64,000 nt of DNA, taken from assembly GCA_964202055.1 (NCBI GenBank), contig CAXNGS010000006.1:32426-96425 (forward strand). The letters are read 5' to 3'. Position numbers and translations under genes: made by a program. Below, one piece after another: positions 17,923-26,819 of this stretch; the stretch's first letter is position 1, and each line of letters starts with the position of its first letter. Under the pieces are notes generated by a model. That model made no database searches. It saw only the letters and a list, made by a program, of their open reading frames with translations, and was not told where the DNA came from. The DNA comes from Bdellovibrionota bacterium. Lineage in GTDB: Bacteria > Bdellovibrionota > UBA2428.

Positions 17923-18957
17923 ATGAAAAACTTTAATATTCGAAAACGTCTACTCGACGGTCTGAGTTTTGGATTTTTACTGGCCACTGCATATTTTTCC
18001 ATCTTCATGAAAACCCGCCAAGAACTTGAGGCTGGAATTTTCGAAGCTAGCTTAATGGCATTTTTGTTTTTTGCGATGGGAGCTTTGGCTAGCCTTTTAT
18101 TGGATCGCTCGGGTGTTCAAACTTTGGGCGGCCAAATTTTTCGCAGTTCACAAATCAGAGACCCTCAAGAGGCGACGCCATGGCACACCACTTTTTGGGG
18201 CCTTCAGTTAATTGTTACTTTTGCGGTTTTAGTAGCATCCGGAATTTTTGTGACCGAAGTTTCCATTCGCGAATTGATGTCGGAAGACGGATTCCAGGGC
18301 GCGGTGCGAATTTTCAAGGGCATCACTAGCCCCAATTTTGAAATTTTGCCCAAAGGAATTCTGGCGATCATTGAAACCATTTTCATTGCGTTGATCTCCA
18401 CCGTTTTTGCCGTGCCGGTAGCTTTTTTGCTGGCATTTTTCTCGGCAAAAAACCTGACTCGTGGAAGTTTCAAGGGTGCGGCTGTTTACACGTTGCTTCG
18501 CTCGCTTTCCAATATGACTCGCTCGATTGAGCCGATTATTTGGGCAATTATTTTTTCGGTTTGGGTTGGAATCGGACCCTTTGCGGGGGCGCTATCGCTC
18601 ATGCTTCATTCGATCGCTTCGCTCACCAAGCAATATTCAGAAATCATTGAGTGTGTGGACGATGGTCCGATCGAAGGCATTCGCTCGACCGGTGCCGGAA
18701 CTGTTCAAGTGGTTTGGTTTGCGGTCGTTCCGCAAATCATTTTGCCCTACGTATCGTTCACGATTTATCGCTGGGACATCAACGTTCGAATGGCCACAGT
18801 CATCGGATTGGTGGGCGGCGGCGGCATTGGCCAGTTGTTGATGCAATATCAGGGCTTGGCTAAGTGGCCCGAAGTCGGATGCTTGGTGTTATTGATCACG
18901 ATCGTGGTGTGGTCGATGGATGCGGCATCGTCTTACATTCGCGAGGCTTTGAAGTGA
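17923..18957 (+). CDS. phnE: Phosphonate ABC transporter permease PhnE (with N-terminal extension)
   Basis: YRWDINVRMATVIGLVGGGGIGQLL is the characteristic PhnE C-terminal block. Multiple TM helices. Confidence 0.8.
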   Translation: MKNFNIRKRLLDGLSFGFLLATAYFSIFMKTRQELEAGIFEASLMAFLFFAMGALASLLLDRSGVQTLGGQIFRSSQIRDPQEATPWHTTFWGLQLIVTFAVLVASGIFVTEVSIRELMSEDGFQGAVRIFKGITSPNFEILPKGILAIIETIFIALISTVFAVPVAFLLAFFSAKNLTRGSFKGAAVYTLLRSLSNMTRSIEPIIWAIIFSVWVGIGPFAGALSLMLHSIASLTKQYSEIIECVDDGPIEGIRSTGAGTVQVVWFAVVPQIILPYVSFTIYRWDINVRMATVIGLVGGGGIGQLLMQYQGLAKWPEVGCLVLLITIVVWSMDAASSYIREALK

Positions 18958-19808
18958 GCCATCGCCCGATCAAGAATTTTTTCCAAGAAACCCATCATCC
19001 CTTGCTAAAAAGTTCGGAGCTGAATTGGATTTCTTCTGGGGATTTACTCAGCAAAATCGCGGCTCGATCTGAAACTTCTTTGAATGCCCAAAAGCCCAAA
19101 GCTATTATTTTTGATTTGGATTCAACGCTTTTTTGCACGGCCACTCGTCTTAAATCAATTTTGATTAGATACATTGCGTCTCATTCTACTGATCATGCCG
19201 CTATGGATCCTGCATGGATTAAGTTGGCGCATCAATTGGAGTCGATACATCAAAATTATAGTGTGCCTGCTACATTGTTTCAGATGATGAAGCGGTTTCA
19301 CCCAGAAGATCAGGCCAAATCATTGGTTAAGGAATTTTGGCCAGGCTTCGAAGAGTATTGGAAAGAAGAGTTTTTCTTAAGTCGCAATATGACGGTGGAT
19401 CCGCCTTATGAAGGCTCGGTTGAATTTGTGAAAAAAACCGTGGAGATGGGTTATTCACCGATTTATTTAACCGGCAGAGACTACGGGCGAGGGATGGATG
19501 GAACCAAACACGCTTTGCGGCGTTGGGATTATCCATTGGGCAGCCATTCCCACACTATTTTGAAACCCGATCGAGCGATGAAGGACATGGACTTTAAACA
19601 AGGGGTGGCCCAAGTTTTAAACTCCCGCTTTGACGTACATTTTGTGATCGATAACGAACCAGAAAATTTGGCGATGTTCGCCGTGAAAATTCCTAGTTCA
19701 GAAATTGTTTTCTTTCATTCGATCATGAGCCATCGATGGTCAGCTCCAGATTTGAAGGCTGATTTAAGTGGCCGAAAAATTCTAGGGCTCAAGTCTTTTG
19801 CTGACTAA
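18954..19808 (+). CDS. HAD-superfamily phosphatase-like protein, translationally coupled to phnE
   Basis: In-frame GTG at 18954 overlaps the phnE stop (GTGA). Motif I IIFDLDSTLF, motif II LTGR, acidic motif VIDNEPEN. The track ORF 18864.. is an upstream extension inside phnE. Confidence 0.55.
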   Translation: MSHRPIKNFFQETHHPLLKSSELNWISSGDLLSKIAARSETSLNAQKPKAIIFDLDSTLFCTATRLKSILIRYIASHSTDHAAMDPAWIKLAHQLESIHQNYSVPATLFQMMKRFHPEDQAKSLVKEFWPGFEEYWKEEFFLSRNMTVDPPYEGSVEFVKKTVEMGYSPIYLTGRDYGRGMDGTKHALRRWDYPLGSHSHTILKPDRAMKDMDFKQGVAQVLNSRFDVHFVIDNEPENLAMFAVKIPSSEIVFFHSIMSHRWSAPDLKADLSGRKILGLKSFAD

Positions 19809-19813
19809 ATTTT

Positions 19814-20155
19814 TTATTGAATCTTCGGACAGCAATAACTGTTTTCGCCATAACCCAAGCGTGGATCTAATTTCTTACAGCCACTTAGTTTGGCTTGCTT
19901 CATTCGCGCCGGGGAAACCACTTCGCAATCATCAGTGAGCGTGGCTTCGGGTGCCGTGGGCCCATCGATCGGAGTCGTCAACTTTTCGTCTGCGCGGACC
20001 TGGCGAATTTTTTCATAATCCCATTTTTTTTCGGGACTGGCGGGCGGCGGCGCTTCTTTTTCTGCTTCTGCGGAAACTTTTTTGTTCGCACAGGCCGACA
20101 AAAAGCTGACCGTTAGAATCATCCCTAACAAAGCGAGTGACGATTTTCGTTTCAT
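19814..20155 (-). CDS. Small lipoprotein, Cys-containing C-terminus
   Basis: ATG 20155 gives MKRKSSLALLGMILTVSFLSAC (lipobox). Pro/Glu/Lys-rich linker. Four further Cys. Confidence 0.5.
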   Translation of the reverse strand: MKRKSSLALLGMILTVSFLSACANKKVSAEAEKEAPPPASPEKKWDYEKIRQVRADEKLTTPIDGPTAPEATLTDDCEVVSPARMKQAKLSGCKKLDPRLGYGENSYCCPKIQ

Positions 20156-20215
20156 CGAATTCTTTTTCAAAAGCTGTTACTCCCTAGGAGACGATGTTAA
20201 ATTAGAGCTGCTCGT

Positions 20216-22645
20216 ATGTCATTGATTCAAGCCGTCAGACTCTTGGACTTACAAAAAGTAATGGAGATCAATGCTCCTGGTGACCCGCGCCTTTGGGATG
20301 TCTTGAACGATACTTTGGGTGGAATCACAGTTCAGTTGATGAGTTTGATTGGGCTCGAGTGGGAGCAAGTCCCCGATCGAGTTCCCGGAATTGATGATTG
20401 GACTGATTGGCTTTCGCTAGAAGGCAATTTGGGAATCTCGGTTTCGCAAAGCGTGGATGCTTATTGTTTGCAAAAACGTCGCCGTGGATTCAAAAATCAT
20501 CCGCTTGAACATTTGATTTATGATTGGATGAAAATCCAGGGTTTCCCTCTGCCAAAGCGACTTTGGGTTGCTGATCATTACGTGATCACCGGGGGCGGCG
20601 ACACGGCGCGGGCTTTTGAAAGTATGCGCGGACTCATGGCTTTGGGATCTAAATCCGGAATTTGGGATGAAAACACCGAAGACTGTCGTTTGATGACTCC
20701 CTCTGATCCGCTTTCCTGGCCCTATCATTACGAAGCTAAACTCGAAGGGCTTTCGCTGAATAAAAAGTATTTTATTTCCTGTTTAAATTCCGAGCCAAAT
20801 ATTTTTACATCCCGATACGCGCTTTCGGAAAATAATGGACGAAGCACTCCGTCTTCTACAGTCACCGAATCAGTTTATGATTTGTGGCAATCTTTTCATC
20901 AGCCGCTAATTTTCGAAGAAAATCCCATGGCGCTGTTAGGCCCAGAGCATTTTGTGGTGGCACTTCCAAAATCAGCTCAGTTTGAGAAAATTGGCGCGGA
21001 CTTGCGTGATTTTGTTCAAGAAGGCGCAGCACTGATGGATCGATACCCCGGGATCATCCGCTATCGTGAAGCCGCGGCGACTTTATTGCATCTCGAAAAT
21101 TTCCCGGATTTTTGCTCGAGCTTGACTCCGATAGAGATGGGAAGCCGTGGCGATAAAAAACTTTATGCCCTAAGCCCATGGAGTTTGACGAATCCGGTCG
21201 CCACTCGTCGGGTGGAGCATTTTTGTGCGCAACACAAAGGCCGCGATATATTCGCACCAACATTTTTGCCGGGCTCCGCCGACTGGATTTCTTTATTGCT
21301 TAAAGCGCTATCGTCGACCGCAGGGTGGACCATGGGCGAATTGGCGGCTTTTGAATTGATCAAATGGAATGCCTCGCGCTTGGCTTCAAGTTCACTGCTT
21401 TTGTTTTGGAGTGAGCTAGATTTATCGGCCATCAAAAATATTTGTGAACAATGTGGTTTGGATGTTTTGGCTCTTGGATCTTCAAATAATTCTGGAAATT
21501 TTAACGTAGGCGAGCAAACAATTCCGGTGGTTCAAATCCCATTCGAGGAAGTGCGCGCCGAATTTGGAAAAAGCAATTTGGTCAACGCTTCTTGGTTTTA
21601 CAAGGATCAGAAATCTCCGACCTACGGATTTGAAAAAGCGGGAATTTTTCCGGATCGCTTTTTAAAGCGAATGACTCAAGTGGGTGTGAAGGTAGAAATT
21701 CAGAAAGAAATATCTTGGGGTTTGAGCTCATCTCCGGTTCATCGAGATCACATGATGAAATACAAAGTCAATCAACCGATTTCCTATATCCGTTGGAGCG
21801 AGGGTGAAAATCATTGGATCGATGCGGTGGCTTCAGTCGATGGGGTGGGTGAATTTGATCCAAAAGCTTTGGGTGAGTGGGCTTGTGATTTGGCCTTGCG
21901 CGGATTGATTTGTCGCGGAGTGGATCCTCACTCGGCCATTTCGGCTCAGGCCTGGTTCAATGATCCTAATTCGACCGATTTGCCCGATCCTGCCGAGCGC
22001 TTTGGAGCTTTTTACTTGGCCAATCTTGGATTGAAGGAAGCGTTTCAATCATATGGCCTTCATTTTTCAGGAGCGTCTTTTTCAGGAAGCTTCTCTAAAT
22101 CGCGGCCCTTTCAGCAAGAGCTGATTGTTCGGCTTCGCGCTAAAATTCCAGCCAGCACCACCAGTGTTTTTCCAGGATTTCGAATGGCTGGGGAAATTCT
22201 TTATGTCTTGGGTCCCAAGCCCGCATTTATGGACGCAGGAACTCGATTGCTTCCCCACTTTAAAGTGGTCAGCAATCATGTCAGTCGTTTGAATCTTGAA
22301 CTGCAAAAAGAACTCTACACTTCGATTTATAATTTTGTGCGTGAAGGGGTCGTGACGGTGGCTCGGCCGGTTGGACAAAGCGGAGCTTTAGGCGCGATTT
22401 TGGAAATGAGTTTGTGGGGAAATATCGGTGCCACCATCAAACCCGGAGTGAACACCATGGAGCTTTTTAGTGGAGCGCCCGGTCGAGTTGTGGTGGGTGT
22501 TTTGCCCCAAGAAGCCAAAAAATTTGAAGGAGCCATTCGCCAAGAAATGGTGGCTCACGTCGGGGAATCGGCAGGCGATCGAATCTTTGGCCAGCCCATG
22601 AATTTTTATCGAAATTCAGAGGGGGCGAAAAATGTCGGCCCCTAA
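20216..22645 (+). CDS. PurL-like (FGAM synthase II / AIR-synthase-fold) protein with divergent active-site motifs
   Basis: The C-terminal half is collinear with PurL. FDPKALGEWACDLALRGLICRGVDPHSAISAQAWFNDPN aligns with the DPYxGAxxAVAEAxRNLxxxGAxPLAxTDxLNFGxP block. GASFSGSF aligns with GNVSxYNE. VTVARPVGQSGALGAILEM aligns with AHDxSDGGLxVALAEM. Confidence 0.5.
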   Translation: MSLIQAVRLLDLQKVMEINAPGDPRLWDVLNDTLGGITVQLMSLIGLEWEQVPDRVPGIDDWTDWLSLEGNLGISVSQSVDAYCLQKRRRGFKNHPLEHLIYDWMKIQGFPLPKRLWVADHYVITGGGDTARAFESMRGLMALGSKSGIWDENTEDCRLMTPSDPLSWPYHYEAKLEGLSLNKKYFISCLNSEPNIFTSRYALSENNGRSTPSSTVTESVYDLWQSFHQPLIFEENPMALLGPEHFVVALPKSAQFEKIGADLRDFVQEGAALMDRYPGIIRYREAAATLLHLENFPDFCSSLTPIEMGSRGDKKLYALSPWSLTNPVATRRVEHFCAQHKGRDIFAPTFLPGSADWISLLLKALSSTAGWTMGELAAFELIKWNASRLASSSLLLFWSELDLSAIKNICEQCGLDVLALGSSNNSGNFNVGEQTIPVVQIPFEEVRAEFGKSNLVNASWFYKDQKSPTYGFEKAGIFPDRFLKRMTQVGVKVEIQKEISWGLSSSPVHRDHMMKYKVNQPISYIRWSEGENHWIDAVASVDGVGEFDPKALGEWACDLALRGLICRGVDPHSAISAQAWFNDPNSTDLPDPAERFGAFYLANLGLKEAFQSYGLHFSGASFSGSFSKSRPFQQELIVRLRAKIPASTTSVFPGFRMAGEILYVLGPKPAFMDAGTRLLPHFKVVSNHVSRLNLELQKELYTSIYNFVREGVVTVARPVGQSGALGAILEMSLWGNIGATIKPGVNTMELFSGAPGRVVVGVLPQEAKKFEGAIRQEMVAHVGESAGDRIFGQPMNFYRNSEGAKNVGP

Positions 22646-23285
22646 AATTGCCTACATCGCTCAAGGTCCAGGTTTTTCAGGAGAGCACGATTTAGTCGGG
22701 CTCTTAGAAGCCCGCGGTTTTTCGGTTGAATTTTTTTCACTCAATCATGGCTTTAATAAAGTTGATCCGGGGCGATTAGCCGCGGCTGATTTGGTTTTGC
22801 TTCGTGGACCCTGGCGATTGTCATTAGAAGAAGCGGTGCTTTCGCGGATGCTGGCTCATCAACTGAAAAAAATCATCGGCGGTCGCGATGTTAACGATCG
22901 CCAGAGAATGGTGGGAATCGGACGGGGCGCGATGGTTTTAATCAAATCATTGCCCGGTAGATTTCCCTCGGATTTGACCTTCACTTGGTCAGAAGCTTTT
23001 AAAGACAAGGTGCCTTGGATTCGAACTTATTTGCGCGGCACAGACTCAAATTTTTCATACACCTTGTCAGAATCGTTGCCAGTTTTTGATGATCCTTCCG
23101 AACGTTTACAGCCCTGGATCGGCTCCGAGCATGGAACTTGCGGATGGCACGTGGACAGCCGCATTTTCTTTTCTTTCTTAGATCCCTTTGGATTTCGAGA
23201 TCCTCGGCAATTGCGCTCATATGGTTTTGAAGATCTTTCGACCGCGGTAAAAATCGATAAAGTTTTGGACTCGGTGCTGGTGTGA
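22632..23285 (+). CDS. PurQ-like class I glutamine-amidotransferase-fold protein lacking the Cys-His-Glu triad
   Basis: Collinear with PurQ: KIAYIAQGPGFSGEHD, ADLVLLRGPW. The nucleophile position reads GIGRGAM instead of G-x-C-N-G-F-Q. The HPE position reads LDPFGF. Overlaps the upstream gene by 14 nt. Confidence 0.5.
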   Translation: MSAPKIAYIAQGPGFSGEHDLVGLLEARGFSVEFFSLNHGFNKVDPGRLAAADLVLLRGPWRLSLEEAVLSRMLAHQLKKIIGGRDVNDRQRMVGIGRGAMVLIKSLPGRFPSDLTFTWSEAFKDKVPWIRTYLRGTDSNFSYTLSESLPVFDDPSERLQPWIGSEHGTCGWHVDSRIFFSFLDPFGFRDPRQLRSYGFEDLSTAVKIDKVLDSVLV

Positions 23286-23291
23286 TTTGGT

Positions 23292-24857
23292 GTGAAGAAG
23301 AATGTGCAGATGAGTGAGCAGATGAGTAGCGAAGAAAATCATCGAAGTGACCAAGCCAATAAATTTCAGATCGAAATTCTGACTTTGCTCAACGAAGGTG
23401 TTTTGGGTAACGAAGACTTGATCGAGGATTACGTAGAAATTTATTCAAGTCTACGCGAAGAGTTATCGAAAACAGAGAATCAAAACGATTCACTTTCGCA
23501 GCGTCGGATTTATCATCGATTTTTAAAAGACTGGCATCGGCGCATGAAGATTCCTGGGTCGGAATGGTCAAAGCTTTTGGTCCCCCGGGCCTTGTTTTCT
23601 TTGGGGTGGAATTATGAAAAGAGCGCCACTGCCTTGGGGTTGAGTGATTCAAAAGTTCGCTTTTGGGCCCTTCGCGCGATCCAAGATAAAGTTGGAAACT
23701 TCCCCGCTCACTTGGATAAGGGCTGCGCTCGCAATGACTTGTACATGGTCGATGTTTTGATGGGCCAACAGTGGGGCGACTCACTAAAAATTTATCGGCC
23801 TCAAGATTTTCAAGAGCATCTTAAACTTTGCTCGCGCTGTTCTGGGATTTTCAAATCCGCCAAAGAAGCCGTTTTGTTTTGGAAAAATGCGGCCATTCGC
23901 ACTGTGCCTGCTGAAGTTGAAATGATTTTGAAATCGCAACCCACCACTTATGGGCGTGGGATGTCGGCTTTTTATCACCGCTTGGGTTGGTTTAATAAAT
24001 TAGGACTTCAAATTTTTGCATCAGCCGCGGTGTTGGCTGCGGTTTTGTTAGTGCCTTTTTATCAAAAAATAGACGTTGGAAGCTTTTTTAGAAAAAGCGG
24101 GCCAATGACTCTGGCCCAAAACAACACAGAACATTTGCCAGAATCCGACGAGCCCGTTTCAACGGAATACGCTGCCAAGAAATCTGGAGATCCTCTGGAA
24201 GGAATGATCGCGGCTAACGATGCGGGAAATGACGAAGTCAATTCAGAGGCAGCAGACACTTCAACTGAATTCAAGGCGCCCTTAATCCCAGAAAGTCCCA
24301 CGACTCCGCTCGTTGCGGAGAATAAAAAACCAACGCTTCCCTTGCTTACGGTACCGGAAGTGAAGGCTCCCCTTGTTGTTCCCGCACCGACTGTTGTGCC
24401 GGTGCCGGTTGTGGTTGCCAAAATTCCAGTGACGCCAACGAAGCCTAAGCCCCCTGAAGTTGCGGTGGCGTCAAAACCGGAGCCGACATTGCTCCCGCCT
24501 AATCCATTGGATCTTGAAAAACCCGCCCGTGGAAGCGAGGCGGTGGCTTTAAGCGGTAAACATTATTTCTATCGATGGGGCGCGCGGTCAGATGATCCTG
24601 ATGTGGTGTCGCCGACCATTAAAAAGATTTTAGAAAAATACAAAGCCATGAAAGCCGGAGAGTTGGATTTAGGCGCGGAATATCGGGGCGGCCGTTATTT
24701 TCACTTTAACGTCACTCAAGCAGATTACGAAGCCGTAGTTTCCGAAGTACGCGAAGTTCAATTGGTTGATTTTAGTGCCACTCGCACGCTGTCGGACCGC
24801 AAAGACGAAAACGGAAAAATCCGCATCGTCTTTTGGGTCGGTCCGACTAAATTATAA
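23292..24857 (+). CDS. Single-pass membrane protein: sigma-70 region-4-like HTH + zf-HC2 anti-sigma motif + TM + Pro-rich linker + C-terminal domain
   Basis: LFSLGWNYEKSATALGLSDSKVRFWALRAIQDKV (region-4-like HTH). HLKLCSRC (H-x3-C-x2-C). TM LGLQIFASAAVLAAVLLVPFY. Pro/Val/Ala-rich stretch of about 110 aa. The start may be ATG 23310. Confidence 0.5.
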   Translation: MKKNVQMSEQMSSEENHRSDQANKFQIEILTLLNEGVLGNEDLIEDYVEIYSSLREELSKTENQNDSLSQRRIYHRFLKDWHRRMKIPGSEWSKLLVPRALFSLGWNYEKSATALGLSDSKVRFWALRAIQDKVGNFPAHLDKGCARNDLYMVDVLMGQQWGDSLKIYRPQDFQEHLKLCSRCSGIFKSAKEAVLFWKNAAIRTVPAEVEMILKSQPTTYGRGMSAFYHRLGWFNKLGLQIFASAAVLAAVLLVPFYQKIDVGSFFRKSGPMTLAQNNTEHLPESDEPVSTEYAAKKSGDPLEGMIAANDAGNDEVNSEAADTSTEFKAPLIPESPTTPLVAENKKPTLPLLTVPEVKAPLVVPAPTVVPVPVVVAKIPVTPTKPKPPEVAVASKPEPTLLPPNPLDLEKPARGSEAVALSGKHYFYRWGARSDDPDVVSPTIKKILEKYKAMKAGELDLGAEYRGGRYFHFNVTQADYEAVVSEVREVQLVDFSATRTLSDRKDENGKIRIVFWVGPTKL

Positions 24858-24877
24858 GTTCACAAATTATTTACAGA

Positions 24878-26707
24878 TTAAACAGTCTTCACGATGCTTA
24901 AGCGTAGTTCCGCTAGCTGTTCGGCGCTGACGGTTGATGGCGAATCGCTCATTGGGTCAATGGCTCGCGCAGTTTTGGGGAAGGCGATCACATCGCGAAT
25001 CGATTCCGATCCGGTTAAAAGCATCACAATTCGGTCAATGCCGAAAGCCAATCCGCCGTGCGGAGGTGTGCCGAATTTCAGCGCGTCGAGGAAAAACCCA
25101 AACTGTTTTTGAGCTTCTTCAGCGCTAAATCCAATGGCCTTAAACATCGCGGCTTGAACCGCGGAATCGTAAATTCGTAGGCTGCCACCAGCAACTTCAA
25201 TTCCATTGAGTGCCAAATCATAGGCTTCAGCGCGGACTTTGCGCATTGCTACCGGATCTCCGGCCATCAAAATTTGCAAGTCAGCATCAATGGGTCGAGT
25301 GAAAGGATGGTGAGCTGCGGCCAAGCGATTGGCTTGAGCGTCGAATTCGAAAAGTGGGAATTCAGTGACCCATAAAAATTTCCAGTCCGTGGTATTGCCC
25401 AGTTTAATTAAGCCCAATTCGAGAGCTAATTTTAAGCGCAAAGTTCCCATCGCGGTTTCGACAGTCGGCGAAGCTTCGGCACCCAAGAATAAATAATCGC
25501 CTTCTTCAAGCTGGCATTGCTTCATCAACGATTGGAGCTCTTCTTTAGTTAAAAACTTTCCAATCGAAGATTGAGTGGCTTCGGGGCTGATTTCGGCCGC
25601 ATTTTTTTGAAAACGGATATAAGCCACGCCCTTGAGTCCATGGGGAGCCACGATCGCGTTCAAAGTGTCGTAAAACTTTCGCGACCACTCAGGATGAGCC
25701 AATTTGCTTTGGGCTAATTCAGCTTTGCGCACTGGCAGTCCAATGATTTTTCCGCCCGCACCGACAATGCTCGAGAAAACTTTGAATCCGGTTTTGGCAA
25801 AACTGGGCGATACGTCGACCAGTTTTAAGCCAAAGCGAATGTCGGGTTTGTCGCTGCCATAATTCGCCATCGCGTCCGCGTAAGAAATCTTGGGAAAGGG
25901 TATCGCTAGATCAACCTGTAAGCAGTCTTTCCAGATTTTCTTCACGTATTTTTCGATTATAGCCAGAAAGTCATCTTTGTTGAGAAAGCTAACTTCGATG
26001 TCGACTTGGGAAAACTCGGGCTGACGGTCGGCGCGCAAGTCTTCGTCACGGAAACAACGAGCGATTTGGAAGTAGCGCTCAAAGCCCGCGATCATCAAAA
26101 GCTGTTTCAAAGTTTGCGGCGATTGCGGCAAAGCAAAGAATTGGCCGGGGTGCACCCGTGAGGGCACTAAATAATCACGAGCTCCTTCGGGCGTGCTCTT
26201 ATAAAGAATCGGAGTTTCCACTTCGATAAAGCCATGTTCGTCGAAAAAGCTGCGAGTGCTTTGCAAAAAGCGGTGGCGCAACATGATGTTTTTTTGCAAT
26301 TCCGGGCGCCGCAAATCCAAGTAGCGATACTTGAGCCGAGTGGCTTCACTGACCTTGTCGTTTTCAGTTTCCGGCGTGAAGGGCGGAACATCGGCTTTCG
26401 ACAAAACTTTTAAAGAGGTGCCTTGAACTTCGATGTCGCCGCTTTTGATTTTTTTATTAATCATTCCTTCAGGGCGTTTTTTAATGGTGCCGGTGATGGT
26501 GACCACAAACTCCGAGCGAATTTCAGTTAATTCAGGCAAAGCTTGGTCAAACACAACTTGGCAAATTCCGGATCGATCGCGCAAATCGATGAAATAAACG
26601 CCGCCGTGATCGCGGACTCGTTGGACCCAACCCGACAAGACGACGGTTTGGCCGGCTAAGCTTGATTGAAGTTCTGCGCAGTTGTGTGTTCGGTATTGAT
26701 GAGACAT
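24878..26707 (-). CDS. aspS: Aspartate--tRNA ligase
   Basis: [14 protein letters not shown]-terminus (ATG 26707), class II motifs FFALPQSPQ and GGLAFGIDR, about 609 aa. The track ORF adds 9 upstream codons. Confidence 0.95.
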   Translation of the reverse strand: MSHQYRTHNCAELQSSLAGQTVVLSGWVQRVRDHGGVYFIDLRDRSGICQVVFDQALPELTEIRSEFVVTITGTIKKRPEGMINKKIKSGDIEVQGTSLKVLSKADVPPFTPETENDKVSEATRLKYRYLDLRRPELQKNIMLRHRFLQSTRSFFDEHGFIEVETPILYKSTPEGARDYLVPSRVHPGQFFALPQSPQTLKQLLMIAGFERYFQIARCFRDEDLRADRQPEFSQVDIEVSFLNKDDFLAIIEKYVKKIWKDCLQVDLAIPFPKISYADAMANYGSDKPDIRFGLKLVDVSPSFAKTGFKVFSSIVGAGGKIIGLPVRKAELAQSKLAHPEWSRKFYDTLNAIVAPHGLKGVAYIRFQKNAAEISPEATQSSIGKFLTKEELQSLMKQCQLEEGDYLFLGAEASPTVETAMGTLRLKLALELGLIKLGNTTDWKFLWVTEFPLFEFDAQANRLAAAHHPFTRPIDADLQILMAGDPVAMRKVRAEAYDLALNGIEVAGGSLRIYDSAVQAAMFKAIGFSAEEAQKQFGFFLDALKFGTPPHGGLAFGIDRIVMLLTGSESIRDVIAFPKTARAIDPMSDSPSTVSAEQLAELRLSIVKTV

Positions 26708-26819
26708 AGCGAGCGATTCTAAAGCGCCTTTCAAGGCTAGTCATCCACAAATCTTTGAACAGCGGCGTACATTCTCACGGAGTTTACCCCCGGCGAAAAG
26801 CAGACTAAAAGTGATTTCC

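Noticed and set aside
23305-23328. 12-nt tandem duplication GCAGATGAGTGA / GCAGATGAGTAG at the 5' end of ORF 23292..24857 (encodes QMSEQMSS).
   Set aside because: This is a tiny in-frame duplication near an uncertain start codon. It is likely slippage without functional meaning.
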